NCBI RefSeq assembly: GCF_006345805.1
Contig: NW_021835525.1
Location: forward strand, 1-39,714
Length of the DNA stretch: 39,714 nucleotides
Source: Octopus sinensis
Taxonomy: Eukaryota
Direction of reading: 5' to 3'
Within the stretch, counting starts at the first letter, position 1. Every line of letters starts with the position of its first letter. Below are positions 21,396 to 31,896 of this stretch, in pieces. A model generated the notes under the pieces. The model saw only the letters and a list, made by a program, of their open reading frames with translations. It ran no database searches and was not told the origin of the DNA. Position numbers and translations under genes: made by a program.

Positions 21396-23636
21396 GGTGC
21401 AGGAGTGGCTGTGTGGTAAGTAGCTTGCTAACTAACCACATGGTTCCGGGTTCAGTCCCACTGCGTGGCATCTTGGGCAAGTGTCTTTTGCTATAGCCCT
21501 GGGCCGACCAATGCCTTGTGAGTGGATTTGGTAGACGGAAACTGAAAGAAACCTGTCGTATATATGTATATATATGGGACGAGGTGGTGAAGCACGACCT
21601 TCGAACTTTAGGTCTCACTAAGGAAATGTCTAGAGACCGAGACCTATGGAAGTATGCTGTGCATGAGAAGACCCGGCAAGACTAGTCAGGCCATAACCCG
21701 TGGCCCCGACCTGGGACGTAGTCAGTCCTGTGCATACCTTCCTTCTTGTGACACTTATGAAGACCTGTTGAGGCAAGTGAAAATCAAATCAAATCAAAAC
21801 AAATCAAAATAGATGAACATCAGTGGAATTGTATTCTTTGTGGTACCAGTGCCGGTGGCACACAAGAAAACCACCCAAACCAGTACCGCATCGACTGGCC
21901 TCCGTGCTGTGGGCACAACAAACACCATCCGATCGTGGCCGTTCGCCAGCCTCATCTGGCACCTGTGCCGGTGGCACATAAAGACACCATCCGAAGACCC
22001 GGCGACGTAGTCAGTCCACCTGTGCATACCTTCCCTCTTATGACACTTGTGAAGACCTGTTGAGGCAAGTGTGTGACACTTGTGAAGACCTGTTGAGGCA
22101 GAGGCAAGTGTGTGACACTTGTGGAGACCTGTTGAGGCAAGTGTGTGACCCTTGTGAAGACCTGTTGAGGCAAGTGAAAATCAAACCAAATCAAAATAGA
22201 TGAATATCAATGGAATTTGTATCTTTGTGGTTCCAGTACCGGTGGCACACAAGAAAACCATCCGAACGTGGCCGTAGCTGGTACCGCATCGACTGGCCTC
22301 CGTGCTGTGGGCACAACAAACACCATCTGATCGTGGCCGTTCGCCAGCCTCACCTGGCACCTGTGTCGGTGGCACATAAAAACACCATCCAAAGACCCGG
22401 CGACGTAGTCATCCACCTGTGCATACCTTCCCTCTTATGACACTTGTGAAGACCTGTTGAGGCAGAGGCAAGTGTGTGACACTTTGTGAAGACCTTTGAG
22501 GCAGAGGCAAGTGTGTGACACTTGTGGAGACCTGTTGAGGCAAGTGTGTGACACGCGTGACACTTGTGAAGACCTGTGAGGCAAGTGAAAATCAAACCAA
22601 ATCAAAATAGATGAACATCAATGGAATTTGTATCTTTGTGGTTCCAGTACCGGTGGCACACAAGAAAACCATCCGATCGTGGCCGTTCGCCAGCCACATC
22701 TGGCACCTGTGTCGGTGGCACATAAAGACACCATCCGAAGACCCGCGACGTAGACAGTCCACCTGTGCATACCTTCCTTCTTGTGACACTTGTGAAGACC
22801 TGTTGAGGCAAGTGAAAATCAAATCAAATCAAAACAAATCAAAATAGATGAACATAAATGGAATTTGTATCTTTGTGGTACCAGTGCCGGTGGCACACAA
22901 GAAAATCATCCGAACGTGGCCGTAGCCAGTACCGCATAGACTGGCCTCCGTGCTTTGGGGACGTAACAAACACCATCCGATCGTGGCCGTCCGCCAGCCT
23001 CATCTGGCACCTGTGTCGGTGGCACATAAAAAACACCATCCGAGCGTGGCCGTCTGCCAGCCTCGTCTGGCACCTGCCAGCCTCATCTGGCACCTGTGTC
23101 GGTGGCACATAAAAACACCATCCGAGCGTGGCCGTCTGCCAGCCTCGTCTGGCACCTGTGTCGGTGGCACATAAAAACACCATCCGAGCGTGGCCGTTCG
23201 CCAGCCTCGTCTGGCACCTGTGTCGGTGGCACATAAAATCACCCACTACACTCTCGGAGTGGTTGGCGTTAGGAAGGGCATCCAGCTGTAGAAACACTGC
23301 CAGATCTGACTGGCCTGGTGCAGCCTTCGGGCTCCCCAGACCCCAGTTGAACCGTCCAACCCATGCTAGCATGGAAAACGGACGCTAAATGATGATGATG
23401 ATGATGATGATATGCGTGTGTGTGTTTGTGTGTCTGTGTTTGTCCCCCTAGCATTGCTTGACAACCGATGCTGGTGTGTTTACGTCCCCGTCACCTAGCG
23501 GTTCGCCAAAAGAGACCGATAGAATAAGTACTTGGCTTACAAAGAATAAGTCGCGGGGTCAATTTGCTCGACTAAAGGCGGTGCTCCAGCATGGCAGCAG
23601 TCAAATGACTGAAACAAGTAAAAGAGTAAAGAGAGT
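21396..23636 (+). mobile_element. SINE family A copy split by the RTE insertion
   Basis: 5' half 21396-21574; 3' half 23411-23636. Confidence 0.85.
21575..23410 (+). mobile_element. 5'-truncated RTE LINE: ORF C-terminus plus a tandemly expanded 3' UTR
   Basis: WDEVVKHDLRTLGLTKEMSRDRDLWKYAVHEKTRQD*, homologous to 33313-33427. Four macro-units start near 21715, 22004, 22402 and 22747. (GAT)n tail. Confidence 0.9.
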
Positions 23637-23714
23637 ATTGAATCTAATGAAGGTCGCTTGTGGGAGGGGAATAAGTTTTTCTCAATTGTAATTGTGAGAA
23701 CTGAAAAACCAATG

Positions 23715-24110
23715 ATGTCACAACTCATTTCTACATTTGAGTGAACTGGTGCAACATAAAATAAAGTGTCTTGCTCAAGAACACAACACACAGATCCAGA
23801 ATTTGTTGGTCAGATCCAGTGCAGAAGATTTGAAATGAATTGGATGAGTCTAGGCGCAGGAGTGGCAGTGTGGTAAGTAGCTTGTTTACCAACCACACGG
23901 TTCCGGGTTCAGTCCCACTGCGTGACATCTTGGGCAAGTGTCTTCTACTATAGCCTCGGTCTGACCAAAGCCTTGTGAGTGAATTTGGTAGACGGAAAGT
24001 GAAAGAAGCCTGTCGTATATATATATATATATATATATCCAGTCCAGGAATTGAACTCACTACTTCACGATTGTGAGCCTGATGCTCTAACCACTGAGCC
24101 ATGTGCCCTC
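23715..24110 (-). mobile_element. Old tRNA-derived SINE interrupted by a SINE A 5' half (23853-24038, +)
   Basis: Head at 24040-24110 (rc TGGCTCAGTGG..GAGTTCAATTCC). Body at 23715-23795 resembles 19255-19320. Confidence 0.65.
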
Positions 24111-24384
24111 ACTAATATATTTTCAATCCTGCTGTTTGGTATCACATCCTCCTCACCTAGTAAATAAGCTGTCTCACTGACCACTTGACCACAAGACTGG
24201 ATCGGAAGTCACCAATATTTAATGTTAAGCCTGTTACCAGAGACAGGCTTGATAGAAACCATAGCAGATTGTATTCCGGTTCCTCACATGATAATTTGTG
24301 TTTTGTGTCTTTTATTTTGTTGTTGTTGTTGTTGTTGTTCTCCACCTCTCCCTCCTGTTATCATCATCGTTAGTTTTGGCTTAA

Positions 24385-24606
24385 CCCTTTAGTGTTTAAA
24401 CCAGCCATATCCGGCCCAAATATTCTATATGTTTTATATTCAAACTGGCAATATCTAGCCTTTCACACCTAACCGACAATGCCATTCTAAAAATAAACAG
24501 TCACATCATTGAAACCTCAAAGCTATGAAATAATGCTTGATTAATTCAAAACAATTTGAATAAAAAAAAATATTACATTTAACAGAGTAATCTGAACACT
24601 AAAGGT
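24385..24606. mobile_element. piggyBac-type MITE family 1
   Basis: TTAA|CCCTTTAGTGTT ... AACACTAAAGGT; colinear with 7344-7566. Confidence 0.8.
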
Positions 24607-24830
24607 TCAATGACCTGCCTGAAACCCCAAAATCTTAGTGCCACATGAGAGTTTACAAACTTGAGAAATCATTTTCAAAATGTAAAAAAAAAAAAAAAAA
24701 TACACTATGGATTTCAAATTAAAAACAGAAAAACTATTGATTTCAAAGAAAAAAAGTCATTTATTTTGCATTTTGTTTGCACTTGTTGTTGTTGTATGTT
24801 AGTAAATAACATTATTTATGTCGTTTGCAG

Positions 24831-24983
24831 CTAGAACTTGGAATCAAAGTTGGTACACCCCAGTCAGATTTGGCTCCAATTTATATGTCATTGGCACAGA
24901 CTTACCAAGATGACTGCCAGTATGAAAACGCCATTGAATATTATCAGAGGGAACTCGATAATATTAAGGACAATCCAGAACAG
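24831..24983 (+). CDS. TONSL: Internal coding exon (51 aa) of a TPR-repeat protein, most likely Tonsoku-like DNA repair protein
   Basis: Acceptor TTTGCAG|, donor CAG|GTAATT, 153 nt, phase 0-0, no stops, non-repetitive. LELGIKVGTPQSDLAPIYMSLAQTYQDDCQYENAIEYYQRELDNIKDNPEQ fits a TPR and resembles my recollection of the vertebrate TONSL segment AIIHVSLA.TL.D......A..HY..EL. The exon call is firmer than the gene name. Confidence 0.75.
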
Positions 24984-25338
24984 GTAATTTTAGCTAGCTT
25001 TATATTCTATATACTGTGCAAACAACTGACCTCCCTTGGGATATTGTGAATGAAAGTTGTACTTATTTTACAAACAAAAGAAGTGTGAAATGTGTGTTGT
25101 GTGTGTGTGTGTGCACATGCATGTGTGTGTATATGTGTGTTGGAGAGAAATTAAGTAACTTGAGAAAAAGAGAATTTGATATAAATTTAAATTTGCAAAT
25201 TTCACATGTTTACATATACACACAAACACATGTGTGCGCACATACTCACACACACACACACACACACACATATACATATCATAATTAAAACTATAAGCTT
25301 TCACAGCATATTGACGATAAAAAGTAGTCTAATATTAA

Positions 25339-25521
25339 CCCTTTCATTACTGTATTTATTTTGAGATGCTCTGTGTTTCTTTCAATTATTTCAAATATAA
25401 CAAAGAATTTAATAAATTAACTTAGTTATCATTAAGCTAGTGTTAGGAACATAAATTTTAACTAAGATTTGTTGGAAGATTTGAATTCAAAACTTATGAA
25501 AACAAGTTGGTAATGAAAGGG
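25339..25521. mobile_element. piggyBac-type MITE family 2 (internal deletion)
   Basis: TTAA|CCCTTTCATTAC ... GTAATGAAAGGG|TTAA. Confidence 0.9.
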
Positions 25522-25923
25522 TTAAGGTCTGTAAACACCCGTAATGAAAGAAATGGGCATTAGTATTTGTATATATGTGTGTATGTGTATTTAGGTATAT
25601 ATATATATTCGAAACATGCATTGAGTCGAACCAGGGACAGCTGATGAAGGGGAATTTTCCTTGTATTGTTTGTCCTGTACTCTGTTTTTTTGTTGTTTAA
25701 AAAAAGTCTGTTTCCTTGTTTGATTTTATGTTTTCGTCTCTCGTGTTTTTTTACGTTTATTTGTGGTGTCCTGTACTCATATATATATATATATATATAT
25801 ATTATATAATATATTTATATATATATATCCATGTATATATACATGTAGATGTTAGTATGTACATATATGTATGTATAATTGCATTATTTTATTTATTTAT
25901 TATATTATATATATATATATAAT

Positions 25924-25954
<31 letters not shown>

Positions 25955-26127
25955 TATAACTATATATACATGTGATTGTGTAGTTGAAAAATATACTTGC
26001 ATCCTGACCACATGGTTTTCAGGTTCAGTCCATCTGTGTGGCACCTTGGATAACTGTTTTCTGTTTAGTGGGAACCAACGAAGGTTGGTGACAGGGAGAG
26101 CATTGAACCATAGAAAACTGGTTTTAA

Positions 26128-26348
26128 CCCTTTTGTTACTGTATTTATTTTGAAATGTGCTGTGTTGCTTTCAATTATTTTAAATATAACAAAGAATTTA
26201 GTAAATTAACTTAGTTATCATTAAGCTAGTGTTAGGAACATAAATTGTGACTAAGGTTTGGTGGAAGATTTTAATTCAAAGCTTACGCAAAAAATGACAT
26301 TTGTACTCAGAGCTAGGGCCTGTTTCAGCCGGGTTGGTAATGAAAGGG
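26128..26348. mobile_element. piggyBac-type MITE family 2
   Basis: TTAA|CCCTTTTGTTAC ... GTAATGAAAGGG|TTAA; colinear with 10232-10446. Confidence 0.9.
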
Positions 26349-26409
26349 TTAATCCTCCTCCTCCTCATTGTCGTTGGCATCATCATCTCTATACTAATTA
26401 TTCATCTCT

Positions 26410-26813
26410 TTTCTCTTTTTACTCTTTTTACTTGTTTCAGTCATTTGACTGCGGCCATGCTGGAGCACCGCCTTTAGTCGAGCAACTCGACTTATTCTTT
26501 GTAAGCCCAGTACTTATTCTATCGGCCTCTTTTGCCGAACCGCTAGGTGACGGGGACGTAAACACACCAGCATCAGTTGTCAAGCAATGCTAGGGGAACA
26601 AACACAGACACAAACATATTCACACACATTTATATATATATACATATATACGACAGGCTTCTTTCAGTTTCCGTCTACCAAATCCACTCACAAGGCATTG
26701 GTCGGCCCGGGGCTATAGCAGAAGACACTTGCCCAAGATGCCACGCAGTGGGACTGAACCCGGAACCATGTGGTTGGTTAGCAAGCTACTTACCAAACAG
26801 CCACTCCTGCGCC
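26410..26813 (-). mobile_element. SINE family A, full length
   Basis: Same architecture as 2478-2905. Confidence 0.9.
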
Positions 26814-27221
26814 TAACTATACTGTTATTTACTTTTCGTTTCCTCTCAATATAAGCAAAGAAAAGAAAAAAAAGGCAATGCCTGGTAGACGCACAATGTA
26901 AGAGTGCACCTTTGATGCAAGCTCGGTGGAGGGTCACTCTAATGTCTATCTAAAACTGCAAGCAATTACGCAAATTTTCACTTTGAATATTTGCGTAAAC
27001 TGGCACTGCAAGTAGAATTGGTACAAAAGCAATTGTAATGAATCATTAAAGATATGTTAAAGAATTTCTTCGCCGTATTATTATTTGGATGATCTACATA
27101 TTCATATATGCACATATATATACACATATATATATATATATGTATATTTTTTTTTTTTTTTTTTTTTTTTTGGTACTTGTTTCAGTCATTTGACTGCGGC
27201 CATGCTGGAGCACCGCCTTTA

Positions 27222-27390
27222 GAGTGGTGAAAGAGTACAGCAGGGATCACCACCTCCTGCCGGAGCCTCGTGGAGCTTTTAGGTGTTTTTTTCGCTCAAT
27301 AAACACACACAACGCCCGGTCTGGGAATCGAAACCGCGATCCTCCGACCGCAAGTCCGCTGCCCTAACCACTGGGCCATTGCGCCTCCAC
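27222..27390 (-). mobile_element. SINE family C 5' part, adjoining a SINE A tail fragment (27175-27221)
   Basis: Homologous to 12880-13042. Confidence 0.82.
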
Positions 27391-27404
27391 GCAATATAAT
27401 ATTT

Positions 27405-27660
27405 TCATCATTTAGCGTCCGCTTTCCATGCTAGCATGGGTTGGACGGGTCAACTGGGGTCTGTGAAGCTGGAAGGCTTCGTCAGGCCCAGTCAGATCTG
27501 GCAGTGTTTCTACGGCTGGATGCCCTTCCTAACGCCAACCACTCCGCGAGTGTAGTGGGTGTTTTTTATGTGCCACCTGCACAGGTGCCAGACAGAGCTG
27601 GCGAGCGGCCACGAACGGATGGTGCTTTTACGTGTCACCGGCACGGGGCCAGGCGATGCT
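27405..27660 (-). mobile_element. RTE LINE 3' UTR fragment
   Basis: Conserved terminal block and modules. Confidence 0.85.
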
Positions 27661-27753
27661 GTGTGTGTGTGTATATCTCTATATATAAAACTGAAACGCG
27701 TTTTTACCCTTTGGCTCGCTTTCAATGCCACTACGTCCCGTCCGATTCGCTCC

Positions 27754-28345
27754 AAAATTTACAGGGACATGTAGAATGAGGTGACGATGCCCATGGGCTA
27801 CCTTAGAAATCCCTATCTTAAAAGGTGTGGTTGCTAGGGGCCATCTTCTTCACTCACGCTACTTCCTCCGTTACCCTCTCACTCCTCTTCATTTATAACG
27901 TTGACAATGTCCACTCCTGTTATTTAATGTATTCCCCTCAACTCTGACGTTTGTCAGACGGCGTTCTTTGATGTATCTGTCGGCATTCATAGGGAGAATT
28001 ATCATTGCCACAAGCAACACCTAATCATGAGAACAAATATTATGAATCAGATATTCATTGCGTTCATTTATATATGTGCGTGTCTGTGTGTGTTCGATAT
28101 ATAAATATGTATATATAATGTATATATACAAAGTGTATATATCTGTATTTATGTATATTAAACTTTTTAATACTTTTTGATAGTTATATATATTTTTAAA
28201 CAAATTATAAATATAATTTAATAATTTTTATTTTAAATTTAAATAATTTAAATTTTTCAATTTTATATATTTTCTATATTATATTTTTAAAATTTACAGG
28301 GACATGTAAAATGAGGTGACGATGCCCGTGGGCTACCTTAGAAAT
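27754..28345. repeat. 57-bp direct repeats (27754-27810 and 28289-28345) bounding an unclassified element between microsatellites
   Basis: AAAATTTACAGGGACATGTARAATGAGGTGACGATGCCCRTGGGCTACCTTAGAAAT occurs twice with 2 mismatches. Confidence 0.9.
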
Positions 28346-28552
28346 ATACATGTGTATACATTACACATGTATATATATATATGTATACACATGTATATAT
28401 ACACATGTATAAATATATATGTATACACAGGTATATATACATATGTATATATATATATATATATATACATGTATAGACACATCTTTAATTAAACTATTGA
28501 CCGCTTTAAAATGGATTTCAACAGACAAATATTACTATAATGGGGAATGAAA

Positions 28553-28868
28553 TCATCATCATCATCATCATCGTCGTTTAACGTCCGTTTTCCATGCTAG
28601 CACGGGTTGGACGGTTTCGACCGGGGTCTGGGGAGCCAGGGGCTGCCCCAGGCTCCAGTCTGGTCTGGCAGTGTTTCTACAGCTGGATGCCCTTCCTAAC
28701 GCCAACCACTCCGCGAGTGTAGTGGGTGCTTTTTACGTGCCACCTGCACAGGTGCCAGAGGGGTCTGGCATCGGCCACGGTCGGTTGGTGCTTTTTATGT
28801 GCCACCTGCACAGAAGCCAGTCGGGGCGGTGCTGGCATCGGCCACGTTCGGATGGTGCTTTTTATGTG
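28553..28868 (-). mobile_element. RTE LINE 3' UTR fragment
   Basis: (ATC)n tail, conserved block and modules. Confidence 0.85.
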
Positions 28869-29560
28869 GGGGGGTGTGTGCAGAAATATAGGGGAGCACC
28901 AGTGGGGAGGGGTGGTTCAGAGAAACGATGACAGGTTCTAGGCAAGTAGAACGTAGGATATCACGAGAGGGGTAATGCATTTATAAACTTTAAACTGACC
29001 TTCAATTGTTTTATAAACCTAACAGCGTGGTGGTACGTAAATAAACGGCGTAAATTAACGAAGGTATAAACCTGACGTAAATACGCGAAATTGACGTACT
29101 TTCACTTCTGACAGCTAACAGCATGACAGTCTGGGTCAACAGTTCGTTTCCTCGGATGATATGGAAATTCCTATTACCCGTCAGAGCAATAACTACAGCA
29201 GGTCACAACTATTTCAACAAAGACAAGGTTACCTGTTTACCAGTCGAATTCAGCGTCAATGCTCACGTATGAGAGACACTCCAGCACACACACACATATA
29301 TACATGTATATATATATATATATATATAATGTGTGCATTATGTGGTCGGTCGGTTCAGCTGAAAATATGCAGACCTATGTTAAAAGTGCTGGCAAGTTTG
29401 CATGACAACTATTTTTTCCTCAAATGAAAGACGTGACCTCTAGGACAAAATTCTTCATCTTATAAAATGTGGCCTCAGTAGACTCGAATGAAACCGGGTT
29501 ATATTAAGCAAAATGTGAAAACGGGTCTAAATGGGGCTGGAAGGGGATTAAAATGAGCGA

Positions 29561-29845
29561 GTGTTTAGGAATTCTCTGTTACATCAAGCTAAAAAATTTA
29601 CGCCAGCCTATTAATCTTCAATGTGTTGCCGTCCATGATGAAGAGGTTTTGAATGCTTGCCATGGTGAGTCTACTGTCGTGAGAAAGAATCACTTCAAAA
29701 CTTGGTGTTTACGAATTTTCTTTTACATCAAGTTCAAAATTTTATGCCAGCCGTTAAACTGTCAATACGTTGCTGTCCGTCGTTAAGAAATGCCAGCCAT
29801 GGTGACTCTACTATCCTTAGATTCTATCCCTTCAAACTTTGGTTT
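29561..29845. repeat. Diverged tandem dimer of a ~144-bp unit
   Basis: GTGTTTA.GAATT.TCT.TTACATCAAG...GCCAGCC...GCCATGGTGA.TCTACT...CTTCAAA at 29561 and 29705. Confidence 0.8.
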
Positions 29846-30479
29846 CCAATATTTTATTATTTTTATTCAGCTCGCAAGTTCGTCTGTCCCTTTTAAATGT
29901 TAACGTTTTGCTGTCTGCCTTGAAGCAGACCTTTCCGTTGCCACTGCCTGATATTTATGATTGATCTTTCTAAATATTTTATTTCTCAACTTACTCAAGA
30001 TCTTTTGTTGTTTATAAATGGGAGAGAGATAGATAAAGATAGAGAGTAAGAGAAAGCGAAGGAGAGTCCGAGAGAAAAGAAAAGTAAGAGAGTGGGAAAG
30101 TGAGAGAGAAAGGAGAGAGAAACAAAGAGGGAGAATCATCATCATCATCATCGTTTAACGTCCGTTTTCCGTGCTAAACAGGGTGTGTGGTGAATAAACA
30201 AACTGTCATCTATATTACACAAAAATGAAAAATGACACTAACATCTCATTTTAACACACATACTTACCAAATTTAGATATGTGTCTCTATCTGTCTGTGC
30301 ATGCATTTGTGTCTGTATTTGCATGTGTGAATGGGTTTGCTTAATTCACTATTTGTATTCATCTTACTTGTTTACTAAAAGAAAAACGAATAAATATCTG
30401 CTTCAATATATTATTTCATAGCAACAATCTTGCAAAACAAATACATAAATGTGTATGTGTAAATATATATATATATATA

Positions 30480-30588
30480 TTGGCCTGCTAGCTTAGCCAG
30501 TGGGGTGGCGTCATTTCAAGGCTAAAACAATGTGAAGCGCATTGTGACCAGCGATGTATAGCAACATCTGACAATCTGGTCGGTCGCG

Positions 30589-30592
<4 letters not shown>
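30480..30592 (+). mobile_element. SINE family C 3' fragment
   Basis: Reverse complement of 12740-12852; flanked by (TA)n. Confidence 0.8.
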
Positions 30593-30627
<35 letters not shown>

Positions 30628-30696
30628 ATCTATATATATATGTATGTCCCTAGCTGTCCAGACGTTTTGCGTTCTTGTCCCATTTTGTATTTTTAT

Positions 30697-31008
30697 GGTG
30701 GCACGTAAAAAGCACCATCCAATCATGGCCGCTGCCAGCCTCGCCTGGCCTCCGTGCCGGTGGCACATAAAAAGCACCATCCGATCATGGCCATTTGCCA
30801 GCCCTGTCTGGCACCTGTGCCGGTGGCACATAAAAAGCACCCACTACACTCTCGGAGTGGTTGGCGTTAGGAAGGGCATCCGGCCGTAGAAGCATTGCCA
30901 AATCAGACTGGGCCTGGTGCAGCCTTCTGGCTTCCTGGACCCCAGTTGAACCGTCCAACCCATGCTAGCATGGAAAGCGGACGCTAAATGATGATGATGA
31001 TGATGATG
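30697..31008 (+). mobile_element. RTE LINE 3' UTR fragment
   Basis: Nearly colinear with 5755-6065; (GAT)n tail. Confidence 0.87.
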
Positions 31009-31753
31009 ATAGTGGCGTACATACACTTTGGTGTAAGTACACAGTTTTCAAAATCTTGTACAGCTCTATTTCTGTCTATCAGCCCTTTCACGCTTGTTCG
31101 TTCATTCCACTCTTCGTTCTTTCGTTTCCCCTCTCTCACATTTCTTTGCCTTCTCTTCTTACTCACTTTTCCCCCCACTTTTCACTTCACTGTGTCCCTG
31201 TCATCTTTTCTCGCCCCCTCCATAATTCTTATATCCCTCTGCTTCTCCTTCTCTCTCTTCTCTTCCCACGTGACCATTTGGCCAAGCCTGCTCTTTCTTT
31301 CTTGGTCTGACCGTTGTCCGTGCAACATCAATATTCTTCCCTGTTTGTGAAATTTTTGTATCTCTGCCATAAGGCTTTATTTCCACATGCGCCAGCTTAA
31401 TTCAATTCATCCTTAGTCAAAAGACACCTATTGTTATTATTTTTATTGTATTTATATTTGTGTAACATTGTCCGTTCTTTCCGTCCTTGTTTTTGTATAC
31501 ATTCGCTGCTTTCTTCCAAGGAATTTAATGCTCTTAGCTTAGGTTTTCCTTGGGGCTGGCCAGATTTGAGGAATCTCAAGAATAATCAGCCGAAATTGCG
31601 AGGATAATCTGGTACTTGACTGAGAAAAGAAAATTTCAAGTGACCTGTCCTTGTTTTCTTTGTATCGTCTATCTGTATTTTTTGTTGTCCTTTTTGTATC
31701 ACCTAGCTGTCCGGATGTTTTGCGTTATTGACCCATTTTGTAATTTTTAATAA

Positions 31754-31786
<33 letters not shown>

Positions 31787-31822
31787 ATAGCGGCGTACGT
31801 ACACTTTGGTCTCTCTCTCTCT

Positions 31823-31893
<71 letters not shown>

Positions 31894-31896
<3 letters not shown>

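Noticed and set aside
21830-23240. CRISPR-like repeat-spacer appearance of palindromic GTGCCGGTGGCAC modules
   Set aside because: The spacers are homologous to each other, the array lies in an RTE 3' UTR, the DNA is eukaryotic and there are no cas genes.
29161-29427. 88-aa ORF as an additional host exon
   Set aside because: Runs through a microsatellite, has no recognisable domain and no convincing splice pair.
31550-31600. Possible hammerhead (GGCTG...CAGCC-GAAA)
   Set aside because: No CTGANGA box upstream and no AC/GUH helix III.
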